From NCBI GenBank assembly GCA_050011565.1, contig JBEKIW010000004.1, positions 60,553 through 124,552 of the forward strand: a stretch of DNA of 64,000 bases, in the 5' to 3' direction. The position numbers and the translations under genes are program-made. The notes beneath the pieces are model-generated. The model searched no databases. It worked only from the letters and a program-made list of their open reading frames with translations, and was not told the origin of the DNA. Positions 48,265-57,567 of this stretch are shown here, piece by piece; position 1 is the first letter of the stretch, and every line of letters starts with the position of its first letter. Source of the stretch: Dehalococcoidia bacterium. Its GTDB lineage: Bacteria; Chloroflexota; Dehalococcoidia; GIF9; UBA5629.

Positions 48265-49107
48265 AAATGGGTTAGTTCATTTGTAGAACTCTATTATTTC
48301 TCCTCTCCTAGGTTAATCTTTAGAGAAATTACTGATGAGCCACCCCATCGTCTGTTGGCGACTTACGTAACTGAAACATTTGTACACAACCCAAGTGTTC
48401 TAAACGCCTGTTTTATAGAAACAGATTATTCTCACCTTTACTTCCTTGCATTGATAAACTCGTCACTTTTGTCTGAATATTTTTATCGAACAAGTCCAAA
48501 GTCGGGCAAGGGACTATTTCCGAAAGTATTAGTCGAAGACATTAGGAGATTTCCCATACGCCGCGTCTCCTTTACCACACTTCGTGAACGGCGTGAGGCA
48601 TTGGTCGGTCAAGGCCGCCAGCTTTACGAGGTAGATCCGTCAAGCGTAGTCGCGTTCGTGGAAGAGCGTCTTTCCGCTCAACCGGAAGAATCAGATGTGG
48701 TGCATGACCTGCTGGCTTTCCTGGCGGAGGAGATGATACGGCTCAACAAAGAGAAGCAGTCCAGGATTAAAGTGTTTTTATCCTGGCTTGAGAAGGAGAT
48801 ACTGAAAGGCTCCGTTGAAGACCAGAAGAACAAGACAAAGATAAAGGACTTCTATAACAATACCTTTGAGGATTTGCTGGATGTGCTTAAGAAAAATAAG
48901 ATTATCCCGGACCCGTGCCCGTCCAACATACGGGACATTATAGCCAGTGAATTTTCGGCGGCTGTGAATGCCCTTACTCCACTAAAGACTCGAATCAAAG
49001 TAACCGATGACCTCATTGACCAGATAGTCTATAGACTCTACAGCCTTACCGATGATGAAATATCCATCGTGGAAGGCAGTATTACCACGACAACTCGAAC
49101 AAAATGA
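48265..49107 (+). pseudogene. fragment of a type IIG restriction-modification / BREX PglX-like protein (C-terminal TaqI_C-like specificity region only)
   Basis: The translation (..PRLIFREITDEPPHRLLATYVTETFVHNPSVLNACF...FLALINSSLLSEYFYR...FPKVLVEDIRRFPI...) resembles the C-terminal specificity region of gamma-class N6-adenine methyltransferase / type IIG enzymes. The reading frame is closed by TAA at 48262, there is no ATG, and the N-terminal methyltransferase domain is absent. Upstream is 590 nt of AT-rich non-coding DNA. Confidence 0.5.
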
Positions 49108-49210
49108 GTTTGTGAGATTGCCACGTCGCTACACTCCTCGCAATGACATGGGGAGAGAGTTCGCAATGACAGGTTAGGGCTTGGCGGTTATTTACCGGCA
49201 GGTTAGTAAA

Positions 49211-50359
49211 TCAGATTTTGGAGAACAACCTTCCCAACAAGGGACTTTCTATTAGAATGGCTCCATCGGGGCAGGTTTCCTGACAGCAGTAGCAGCGGAT
49301 ACAGCGGTCGTAGTTGTGCCTGGGCGGCTGGGACCTGTCACCTTCATACCAATCGACGGCTTTGGGGTGGACGGGACACATCTTAACGCAGATACCGCAT
49401 AGGTCACACCTGGCTTTATCGATAACGGGCCTCTGGGTTATTCTGTTTTTGATGAAGGTACTGAACCGGCCGCCGGTACTATGGGCTGGAGGCGTTCGGT
49501 TTACCTCAAAGCTGGGGTCGAAAAAGGAATCTATGTCTCCGCCTGTCAGCTCAATATTCTCAGCGTGGTATGTTCCCAGCTTGGCTGCTTCACCCGGCTG
49601 GCTGGTGGGTACGATGGCGGGATTAAGGTTAATAATACGGCAGGCTGTGGCATCCAGGGCTATGGGGTCGCTGGAGAATAACAGGACATTTAACTGCTTC
49701 GGCTTGCCGCTCCTGGGACCGTTACCCTCCATGGCTGTAATCCCATCCAAAATGTAAAGGCGTGGCTTTATAAGCGTATTCAAATCAACCAGCATGGTGG
49801 CGAAATCGTAGGGGTCAGGCAGTTTAACGTGGTACTGGCTCTTGAGCAGGCCAGGGATGCAGCCGAATTGATTCTTTACGGCTCCGGTAAATAGCGTAAG
49901 GCCGTGCGTTTTGAGCCGGGGCAAGCTTACCAGGCCGTCAGCCTCCAGCACGCCATTGGCAATGACGAATTTCTTGACCAGCAGGGCATTCTTATGGCTG
50001 ACCGACTTCCCGGAATCGAAATCGGCTAATTTGAGCTCCAGCTCGTCACCAACCTGCTTCAAGCCGGCTCGTCTGATATTGGGCTCGCATTTGCCGAAGG
50101 CCGGGGAGTCGCCATAAGACACGACGGCGCCGGCTTCTTTGAAGAGGCCGGCTACGGCTCTGAATACGGCAGTATGCGTGGTCACGCCGTTATTGGGACT
50201 GGTGCCAATCAATACATTGGGTTTCAGTACGATTCTGTCACCGGATTTGACGAAGGCGGAGACGCCACCGAGCAGGTCGAGCCCGGCTCGAACGGCTGTC
50301 AACACCTCATTACTATCGTAGGAAACGCATTTAACGAGCGCGACTTTTGATTTATTCAT
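49211..50359 (-). CDS. DUF362-domain protein with a C-terminal 2x[4Fe-4S] ferredoxin domain
   Basis: 382 aa. C-terminal CDLCGICVKMCP and CIRCYCCQETCP motifs. Confidence 0.7.
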   Translation of the reverse strand: MNKSKVALVKCVSYDSNEVLTAVRAGLDLLGGVSAFVKSGDRIVLKPNVLIGTSPNNGVTTHTAVFRAVAGLFKEAGAVVSYGDSPAFGKCEPNIRRAGLKQVGDELELKLADFDSGKSVSHKNALLVKKFVIANGVLEADGLVSLPRLKTHGLTLFTGAVKNQFGCIPGLLKSQYHVKLPDPYDFATMLVDLNTLIKPRLYILDGITAMEGNGPRSGKPKQLNVLLFSSDPIALDATACRIINLNPAIVPTSQPGEAAKLGTYHAENIELTGGDIDSFFDPSFEVNRTPPAHSTGGRFSTFIKNRITQRPVIDKARCDLCGICVKMCPVHPKAVDWYEGDRSQPPRHNYDRCIRCYCCQETCPDGAILIESPLLGRLFSKI

Positions 50360-50468
50360 GGGTGGTTCTTCCTGTCGGGTGAATGTTAAGACGATGGGGG
50401 AACAAAAGTCAAAAGTTAAAAGCTAAAAGTCAAAAATTGGGGGATAATTTTTACGTCAGCGTGCGGAG

Positions 50469-51719
50469 TCAGGCCTGGCTGTCCTTTTTCAGGATATAGT
50501 CCCGGACAATTTTAAGAGATGCTTCAACCAGCTCCGGTTCAATAGATTCAGGGACATCATCCGGTGTGTGATACACGAGGTCCTCACCGAATTTTCCGAT
50601 ATCAAAGCTAATACCCGCCATATTGATGGCTTCAACGCCGAGCTTGCCGAATTCAGCGGCATCCGTGCTGCCGGCACCGAAGGGCATAGAGGCGATTCGG
50701 GCGGGATAACCCAGCGATTTAGCAGTATCCACACAATCCTGCGCCATGGCACGGGACAGCCTCACGGTTGAATTCAGGTCTTTGTCCAGAAAAGTGAGGT
50801 CTTTGAGCTTGTAAAGCGTGTCGATATTAAAGACATAGGTCTTGGTGTTCAGCAATTCTTGGCCGTGTTTATTACAGAAGGCACGCGCGCCGCGGAGCCC
50901 GGCTTCCTCGGCATCGAAAGAGGCTACTATTAAGCGGGTGTGACGCAGAGGATTTTTGCCCGCTTTTTTAGCCTGATGGAATAGCCGGGCCGTCTCGCCG
51001 GCAACGGCTACGGCAATCATGTCATCGCCGGCAGCGGGAGATACCTCTCCCGTGGTGAAGAAGGCCAGCGGCAGCTGGAAAATGCCGCCGACCATCAGGG
51101 CCACAGGTACCCAGAGTAGGATCCCGTCGGGAACAGGGACTTGAAACAAGGCCAGCACGATCCAAATCAGCGAGACGAGGAAGCCGAGCAGCAAAAACAG
51201 TATGCCGGCGTTGATTAGCCTGGCATAGTATTTCGGGGCATAAGCCAGTAGCTGAAAGACATAGGCGGCGTCATGATGGGCGCTGACCACGACCTGCTGC
51301 TTTACCTCGCCTTCAGGTTCGATAGAGCCGTAGACGTTGTAGCCGGTGGCTTTGGGGAAATAGGGGTCGAGCAATTCCCAGTAGCGGACAAACTGGGCAT
51401 AAAACATGAAGATTGCCAGGCCGTAGACGACAAGCGCCGTCAGCGGGAGCCCGAAATATAATAGAACAGCGCCGGCAAAATAAAGGACGACGAGGGCGGG
51501 GATATATTTCAGGAAGCTCTTAGGGTGGACCGTGAAATCTTCCACGTGCACCGAGCCCGGGTCACAGTGCTTAATGAATTCCTGTTTTATGCGGTCGGCG
51601 GCATTTTTACAGGCTTCCGTTCCAGCCAGGCGGTTGGGGTAGTTCTGAACGACTTCATCGGTGAAGTTGAAGACTCGACGGACGTGGGTTTTGGTTATGT
51701 TCAGGCTGCGGGTTTTCAT
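50469..51719 (-). CDS. M28-family zinc peptidase with membrane-spanning insert
   Basis: 416 aa. SAHHDAAY and DAEEAGLRGA metal-binding motifs. A central block of TM helices is present. Confidence 0.65.
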   Translation of the reverse strand: MKTRSLNITKTHVRRVFNFTDEVVQNYPNRLAGTEACKNAADRIKQEFIKHCDPGSVHVEDFTVHPKSFLKYIPALVVLYFAGAVLLYFGLPLTALVVYGLAIFMFYAQFVRYWELLDPYFPKATGYNVYGSIEPEGEVKQQVVVSAHHDAAYVFQLLAYAPKYYARLINAGILFLLLGFLVSLIWIVLALFQVPVPDGILLWVPVALMVGGIFQLPLAFFTTGEVSPAAGDDMIAVAVAGETARLFHQAKKAGKNPLRHTRLIVASFDAEEAGLRGARAFCNKHGQELLNTKTYVFNIDTLYKLKDLTFLDKDLNSTVRLSRAMAQDCVDTAKSLGYPARIASMPFGAGSTDAAEFGKLGVEAINMAGISFDIGKFGEDLVYHTPDDVPESIEPELVEASLKIVRDYILKKDSQA

Positions 51720-51767
51720 GGCGTTGTCTGCTGCCTATGTTAAGGCGCAGGTGGATGGTTGTCAACT

Positions 51768-51875
51768 GGAAATCCCCCTTTATCCCCCTTTTTCAAAGGG
51801 GGAAATAGGCTTCTCCCTTTCCTAAAGGGAGATTGAGAGGGATTTTACCTTCTTACAAATCCCCCTTTATCCGCT
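51768..51875. repeat. structured intergenic repeat element, copy A (one full unit of about 77 nt plus a partial unit)
   Basis: AATCCCCCTTTATCCCCCTTTTTCAAAGGGGGAAATAGGCTTCTCCCTTTCCTAAAGGGAGATTGAGAGGGATTTTA, then CAAATCCCCCTTTATCC. Nested palindromes: CCCCCTTT/AAAGGGGG, TCTCCCTTT/AAAGGGAGA, outer AATCCC/GGGATT. Confidence 0.65.
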
Positions 51876-52024
51876 CGAGCGCATTTCCGTTATTTTTGAC
51901 ACTTTACTGAATAGGTTGTACCATTCTCTGCCCAATGATATGTATTTCCAACGACCGAGCGAGTCAAGATTCGGATGGCTTTCAGCTATTCGACCTTTCG
52001 CGAAGTCTATTTTAAGGAGGACTA

Positions 52025-52801
52025 ATGAAGCGTTATAAATACCTGTTATTGTGTCTAACTATTGTCGTGTCTATTGTCTCACTGGGTGGTTGTCTTGTAT
52101 CATCCTCTACTCAGTCTGAAATCCAACTACCAACCCCAAGCAGTACACCGGCGATGCCGCAGATTGGGGCACTGGTTACCTTGCCCAGCTTTGCCGATTT
52201 GACGGATACCGTTAAGCGTTCGGTGGTAGCCATTGACACCGAGACCGTTGTTACCAGAAGATATATTCAGCGCACTATCCCGGGTGCCGGCTCGGGATGG
52301 ATAATCGATGAAAGCGGCATCATCGTAACCAATAATCATGTAATCGAAGGTGCACAAACTATTACGGTGGAACTGGAAAACGGTAAGACGTACACTCCAG
52401 TAAGCATCAAAACTGACCCCGATTCCGATATAGCGATACTTAAGATTAATGCCGGGAAGCTACCGGCTCTCAAAGTTGGTGATGCCTCGAAGCTGAGGGT
52501 TGGGGATTGGGTGGTAGCGGTAGGAAACGCGCTGGGAATGGGCATAAGTGTTAAAGACGGTATCGTCAGTCGTCTCGGCGTGAGCATTCAAATATCTCCA
52601 AGTGAAACGTATTCCAATCTAATTGAAACCAATGCCGCAATTAATCCCGGCAACAGCGGCGGTCCGCTGGTCAACCTGGCGGGAGAGGTAATCGGCATAA
52701 CCAGCCTGAAACTCGCTATTGGCGGCGTCGAAGGGATGGGATATGCCATAAATATAGAAGATGCGCTGCCGGTGATTCAGAGGCTATTCAAATCAATTTA
52801 G
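52025..52801 (+). CDS. secreted trypsin-like serine protease (S1C/HtrA-like, no PDZ domain), lipoprotein
   Basis: 258 aa. Lipobox LGGC. His (TNNHV), Asp (DIAILK) and Ser (GNSGGPLVN) catalytic triad motifs. Confidence 0.8.
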   Translation: MKRYKYLLLCLTIVVSIVSLGGCLVSSSTQSEIQLPTPSSTPAMPQIGALVTLPSFADLTDTVKRSVVAIDTETVVTRRYIQRTIPGAGSGWIIDESGIIVTNNHVIEGAQTITVELENGKTYTPVSIKTDPDSDIAILKINAGKLPALKVGDASKLRVGDWVVAVGNALGMGISVKDGIVSRLGVSIQISPSETYSNLIETNAAINPGNSGGPLVNLAGEVIGITSLKLAIGGVEGMGYAINIEDALPVIQRLFKSI

Positions 52802-52886
52802 TTTACCCGCTTAAATAGAAGCGATGATTTATGATTCTTGCTAATTGTGGTAAATTTTAGGCTGAATGAAATCAAAGGAGGGCTAT

Positions 52887-53084
52887 ATGGCGGCAAAAAG
52901 TGAATATCAACGGCAGCTAACTATTCTTTTAATATCTTTTCTGGCAGGCTATTTCGGTCTGGACCGTTTCTACCGGGGAGAAATAGCACTGGGCGTTATT
53001 AAGATGATAACATGTGGCGGCCTTGGAGTGTGGTATTTAGTGGATGTAGCTATTGCTGCCTATCAATTTGGAAAGCTTGACTAA
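52887..53084 (+). CDS. TM2-domain small membrane protein
   Basis: FGLDRFYRGEIALGVIKMITCGGLGVWYLVD matches the TM2 domain signature. The start is likely the ATG at 52887 after AAGGAGGG (the ORF track begins at 52866). Confidence 0.6.
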   Translation: MAAKSEYQRQLTILLISFLAGYFGLDRFYRGEIALGVIKMITCGGLGVWYLVDVAIAAYQFGKLD

Positions 53085-53110
53085 TCCCGAAGCTAACCGT
53101 TAAATTAAGG

Positions 53111-53138
53111 CCTTTTCACCTGAGGGCAGGTGACAGCT
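53111..53138 (+). terminator. hairpin after the TM2 gene
   Basis: TCACCTG-AGGG-CAGGTGA. 7-bp stem with no clear U-tract, so it is weak. Confidence 0.25.
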
Positions 53139-53143
53139 AGAGC

Positions 53144-53289
53144 AAAAATCCCCCTTAATCCCCCTTTTTCTAAGGGGGAGACGAAGAATAAAAGTTAGAA
53201 GTAGGGATTTAAGATCCCCCTTAACCCCCCTTTTCCAAAGGGGGAAATAGACCTCTCCCTTTCGTAAAGGGAGATTGAGAGGGATTTTA
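53144..53289. repeat. structured intergenic repeat element, copy B (a diverged partial unit plus one full unit)
   Basis: ...AAAATCCCCCTTAATCCCCCTTTTTCTAAGGGGGAG...TAGGGATTTAAG ATCCCCCTTAACCCCCCTTTTCCAAAGGGGGAAATAGACCTCTCCCTTTCGTAAAGGGAGATTGAGAGGGATTTTA. The full unit is about 90% identical to copy A. Confidence 0.65.
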
Positions 53290-53290
53290 G

Positions 53291-54580
53291 CTACATTGCC
53301 GGGTTCGTGACGTGTCCGAGAAATAAGATCGCCCCTGTTTGAATGTCCCGAATTAGAAAGATAAAGGGGCGGTCAATGGTCACATCAACAACGTTCAATT
53401 GTAACGATGTGGTTGTCATAACAACCGCCGTAGCGGCGGCTGCCTCCGTGCCGACTTCGTCGACAGAAACAAATGCCTTATGAATCACGTCCGATATGTA
53501 TAGATCGCGCTTGCCGTCCATGCCTGAAAAATCAGCGTTCTCGGTAAAAGCCACCGGCATACCCATAGCACTGAGGGCTTTCTTCAGGCTGAAGTCGGAG
53601 GAGAATTCGTATTTGGGCATAGTCAACACGACTCGCTTGGAAGCTAAGCTGGCAATAATTCCGTCGACCTTACCGGCATCCAGAGACCTTTCAAACGTAG
53701 TGAACTGGCCGGGCTGAGGCAGCAGAATCACCATGGAAAGCTCGCTTCCGTCATAGGGCAATTCCACCGCCTGATAATCATCACCTTCTGCATAGGCAAA
53801 CGATTTTGTCTGTTTCATCATTGGCACGGTGACTTCACTGCCGGAGAGCAAGTGAAAGGTGCCATCGGCGGTGGCATCTTTCTCGAAGGGGAACTGCCAG
53901 GCGGCGTTGAAGTAGATGGCGTTGGTCAGGACCAGGCGGGTCATGGCGTCGATAGCGCCCGGTGGAATCAGGTCTTTAATCCTGCCTTCCGTCTGGTCGC
54001 TTACCCAGTCGTTAATAGTGACGCGCGATGGTTCAGGTGCGTTTATGAAATCGAGCGTTCTGATGCCGGCGCCGTAGTTCTCAGCCAGGATATCGAGGAA
54101 CTCCTGGAGAAAGGCGTAGCCCTTTTGTCCCCAGATGGCATTTACGATATTGAGTCTGAAGCCTTTCTCATCCTTGCCTTTGGCGCCCTGGCCACGCTGG
54201 CTTAGTTCTATATCCAGGCTATTGAGCGCCGGGTGAAGCAGTTCCTGCGGCAGAGTATAGTGGAGCGTGTTTGCCATTTGCTGCGCCGTATCGCCGCGGG
54301 CGCCGGCATAGGTCATAGCCAGTGCCAGCGAAATGCTGTAGGGTGAAAAGAAAACGTTTTCATCTCCTTTGATTTGTTGATAGGCGTCAAAGGCAAATGC
54401 GTTGTTGCCGTTTACCAGCGCGGCCAGGTCAGCCTGACTGGCGACTGGAGAAGTTATTCTTTGCTTATCCGATTTTACTGTCTGGCTTACCGGCTGCGCA
54501 CCAGGCGGCACGATACAGGCTGAACTGCCAATCAACATCATAGCAACTAAAATAACCGAAACCAGCAAATTGTTTTTCAT
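53291..54580 (-). CDS. serpin (serine protease inhibitor), lipoprotein
   Basis: 429 aa. Lipobox GSSAC. Serpin core motifs (FNAAWQFPF; hinge EVGTEAAAATAVVM typical of inhibitory serpins; C-terminal PFIFLIRD). Confidence 0.8.
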   Translation of the reverse strand: MKNNLLVSVILVAMMLIGSSACIVPPGAQPVSQTVKSDKQRITSPVASQADLAALVNGNNAFAFDAYQQIKGDENVFFSPYSISLALAMTYAGARGDTAQQMANTLHYTLPQELLHPALNSLDIELSQRGQGAKGKDEKGFRLNIVNAIWGQKGYAFLQEFLDILAENYGAGIRTLDFINAPEPSRVTINDWVSDQTEGRIKDLIPPGAIDAMTRLVLTNAIYFNAAWQFPFEKDATADGTFHLLSGSEVTVPMMKQTKSFAYAEGDDYQAVELPYDGSELSMVILLPQPGQFTTFERSLDAGKVDGIIASLASKRVVLTMPKYEFSSDFSLKKALSAMGMPVAFTENADFSGMDGKRDLYISDVIHKAFVSVDEVGTEAAAATAVVMTTTSLQLNVVDVTIDRPFIFLIRDIQTGAILFLGHVTNPAM

Positions 54581-54668
54581 GTTTTATTCCCTCCTAGTCT
54601 ACTCTATCACCATGAATAACGAAGCGGCCTGGCAAAGGTTTAGCAAGCCACAGTGCGCAGGCGGTTTC

Positions 54669-55112
54669 TCAAGGTACACATATGATTTCCGGCTCGTGTT
54701 CCGGCTGCGGACGGGCACCTCCTTCAGCGAAGATGTGTACCGCCTGATAAACATAGCACGCCCTGGACTTACACATACCATCCTCAAGGCAGATTTCCCT
54801 CAGAATTTCATCAGCCCGCTGCCGGTGAACCCTATAATCGAGGACGCCTTCCCGCATCAACTGATACAGGGCGTCGTGAACGAGAGAGCCACGCATGAAG
54901 TCTCTGGTATCGATGGTCGGTCCGCTGGGCCCGTCCCAGGCATAATACTTGTTGATAGATAAAATCCCCTGCGGGGACAAGGACAGGAATTTAGCCAGTT
55001 TGCGCCTGATAGCCTTGAGAGGTTTGAGGTCGATTTTAATCGTGTAGTCTTTCATCACCTGGTACTTATAACTCGTCAGGTTCCTATAACAAACCTTTGA
55101 CATGTTCACCAC
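54669..55112 (-). CDS. DUF1353-like hypothetical protein
   Basis: 147 aa. YAWDGPSGP...SLVHDALYQ resembles the DUF1353 family, which is often phage-associated. Weak call. Confidence 0.4.
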   Translation of the reverse strand: MVNMSKVCYRNLTSYKYQVMKDYTIKIDLKPLKAIRRKLAKFLSLSPQGILSINKYYAWDGPSGPTIDTRDFMRGSLVHDALYQLMREGVLDYRVHRQRADEILREICLEDGMCKSRACYVYQAVHIFAEGGARPQPEHEPEIICVP

Positions 55113-55170
55113 CTCCTATATTCCTTCAGTAACAGTGCCTTGTACGGCTCGCCTAAGAGGATTCATAAAT

Positions 55171-56118
55171 CTAGGTAACAGACTCCAGCACCTCTTGTAT
55201 GGCTCTCTCTGTCAATTGCAGGAATGTATCATACGCTCCTAAATCCAATTTCCCTTCCGCTATAATTTTACCGATAGGTCTATCCATAATGTTGGCTATA
55301 ATATACTGACACAATGGGTCCATTAATTTCAGTGCCCAAAGTTCCCTCTCTGTAGGCGGCTCAATTATCTTCAGTTCCTCGGCTACTTTCAAATCCCATG
55401 GAATACTATTTTTCACATCCTCAACGTCTGCCTCATCCTGCCAGGGGAATACCTCAGCTAAATACAGCACATGGGTATGAGGGTCGAATCTGAAAACTCC
55501 TCTGTCAGTGACCACGGCTGAAGGTCCTCCTCCAACTAAATTCGCCTTCTTCCTGGCATCGGGACTGCCATCGAGGAAACCTGCCTCGGTCATGTAGTCG
55601 AGTTTTTCCACCCATTGCCTTGGGTTAAACTCCGCGGTATACACTATTCTCCCCGCCGATGATGCTATGTCGGCTCCGCCGCCGCTACCATTCATCTTCA
55701 TTTGTCGTCCAATTATATAACTAACATTAACATTTCCAAACATATCCATTTGGGCAAACCCCAGATAAGACATATCAATAAAGCCCGATTGTTGGTCTAT
55801 GAACGTCTCAGGAAGGCCCTGATGACACATAGCCATGGCGCCTGCCGAGTTATCAGCCGGGCTGATCAGGACGGAAACGCTGGCAAATCCCACATATCCT
55901 GCCTCGGCCACCAGTACTACATTTGGCGTATGTACCAGCTTGGCTATGGCACCGGCGAGGTCCGAAATGCCAATGCCAACAAACACAGTCTCTCTATCTT
56001 CCACTTCCCTTGACCCGGCGCAGCATACCAGCACCGGCGGCTCATATCTCTTCTTCATTGCATCGAGCTGCCGCCGTGAATATTTCTCTCGCGTGGTATA
56101 TAAATGTCCCATTTTCAT
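55171..56118 (-). CDS. CoA-transferase family I, beta subunit (GctB / 3-oxoacid CoA-transferase B like)
   Basis: 315 aa. VFVGIGISDLAGAIAKL...VAEAGYVG region typical of beta subunits. Confidence 0.7.
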   Translation of the reverse strand: MKMGHLYTTREKYSRRQLDAMKKRYEPPVLVCCAGSREVEDRETVFVGIGISDLAGAIAKLVHTPNVVLVAEAGYVGFASVSVLISPADNSAGAMAMCHQGLPETFIDQQSGFIDMSYLGFAQMDMFGNVNVSYIIGRQMKMNGSGGGADIASSAGRIVYTAEFNPRQWVEKLDYMTEAGFLDGSPDARKKANLVGGGPSAVVTDRGVFRFDPHTHVLYLAEVFPWQDEADVEDVKNSIPWDLKVAEELKIIEPPTERELWALKLMDPLCQYIIANIMDRPIGKIIAEGKLDLGAYDTFLQLTERAIQEVLESVT

Positions 56119-56146
56119 ACCTCTCTTATATTTTTATTAATATCCC

Positions 56147-57199
56147 TCACCCGGGTATATTGTTTAGCTTATGTTCTGCTTTAGCCAGTCTATCCAGTTT
56201 TTCCCATCCTATCTTGTCGCAATATCCGAAGTGAGTTTTGGGGCCATAAACCCATTCATCGATCCACTTCAAAGCTCCTTCGCGACTCTGCCTCTGTAGT
56301 AAGAGTGACACGAAGCTTAGACCGTCCATTGTATAGCATCCAAAGCAACCTGCAGGATGGCAATTAAAGGGAAGGTGGACAACGGCATCGGTGCAATAGG
56401 CTGGTATCACCGTCAGCCCCGGGTTCTCATATATCTTTTCGGTGGGAACAATTTCCTCAGCAAGCAGCACTACATGTTTAGCTGCCCTGGCTTTCCAGTA
56501 ATCCGTTCCTTTAAAGCCCCATATCTGACCATTTCCTCTTCGGTCTGCCTTCTGAACTGAGATGAAGGCGACATCCGGTTTGTAAGCCGGGATAAGCAGC
56601 AGCGGCTTGTTCTCATACGGGTCATTTATGACCTTGATATCTTTATTGTATTTGGGGATATCGGTGCCAAGTGAGGAGCGGCAGGGCATGAAGGGGACAT
56701 TGATTGCCCCGGCCATGAGTCTCAGCGAAATTTCAAAATTCGTCCAGTCTACGATCTTGAGCCAGGGTAAATCAGACTTAACCTTATCTTTCGGCGTGGC
56801 TAAAACACCACCCGCCTCAACCGGGCGCGGTACACCCTCCTTTATACCGCGCTCCAGCGCCGGCGTGCCGGAAATACCACCCACCTGGCGCGTCATGTTA
56901 TACGCTATATCTATCCTATCGAGCACCCCCAACTCTACCAGCAGGTCTATACCCTCAAAATTTCCGCTCTCATCTATAATAGATAAATTTTTCTTTCCTT
57001 GACGTGCTATCTCCCTCATAATGGCTTCAGGCTGCCTGCACATGACAAAACCACCTATACAAAATGAATCTCCATCATGCAGAAACGTTTCCACTGCTTC
57101 CTTCTCCGTCATCACCTTACGCAATCTCTTTTTGTAATGTGCGTCTTTGGCTCTCTCCTCATAATTTATTGTTTCAAGCCCTTTTATTGCCATTTTCAC
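56147..57199 (-). CDS. CoA-transferase family I, alpha subunit (GctA-like)
   Basis: 350 aa. GDSFCIGGF and PYENKPLLLIPA regions typical of alpha subunits. Adjacent to the beta subunit. Confidence 0.7.
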   Translation of the reverse strand: MKMAIKGLETINYEERAKDAHYKKRLRKVMTEKEAVETFLHDGDSFCIGGFVMCRQPEAIMREIARQGKKNLSIIDESGNFEGIDLLVELGVLDRIDIAYNMTRQVGGISGTPALERGIKEGVPRPVEAGGVLATPKDKVKSDLPWLKIVDWTNFEISLRLMAGAINVPFMPCRSSLGTDIPKYNKDIKVINDPYENKPLLLIPAYKPDVAFISVQKADRRGNGQIWGFKGTDYWKARAAKHVVLLAEEIVPTEKIYENPGLTVIPAYCTDAVVHLPFNCHPAGCFGCYTMDGLSFVSLLLQRQSREGALKWIDEWVYGPKTHFGYCDKIGWEKLDRLAKAEHKLNNIPG

Positions 57200-57398
57200 A
57201 ATGCCCCCTTTTATAAATTTTCTAGAAACTAGATTATCCAGTAGCTTTAAGGTTTTTTACTTCGATGGAGAACACCTGGTTTCTGGAATACCATGAGTTA
57301 GATAATCCGGTATCGACTTCAGGTGGGTTATACTATATCTCGCCAGCTTGTGATTACTGAGCTACTCAGGTTGTCACTACTAGGTCTTCTACGAATGG

Positions 57399-57472
57399 TC
57401 GGGGTGGCCGGATTCGAACCGGCGACCACCTGAACCCCATTCAGGTGCGCTACCAGGCTGCGCTACACCCCG
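57399..57472 (-). tRNA. tRNA-Pro (anticodon GGG)
   Basis: Reverse complement CGGGGTGTAGCGCAGCCTGGTAGCGCACCTGAATGGGGTTCAGGTGGTCGCCGGTTCGAATCCGGCCACCCCGA. Anticodon loop ATGGGGT. Confidence 0.85.
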
Positions 57473-57567
57473 CGTGGCTTTGAATTAGTCAATATGGTAT
57501 CATAAGTCCCTAATTAGAACAATCCAGGTTTAGCTTCAGTTAGTTTAAGCAGGAGAGGGTTCGAAAG

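Noticed and set aside
54570-54962. 130-aa plus-strand ORF overlapping the DUF1353-like gene and the serpin start region
   Set aside because: It has no RBS or motif. The opposite-strand ORF has weak family resemblance, so neither is strong, but the plus ORF looks like the shadow.
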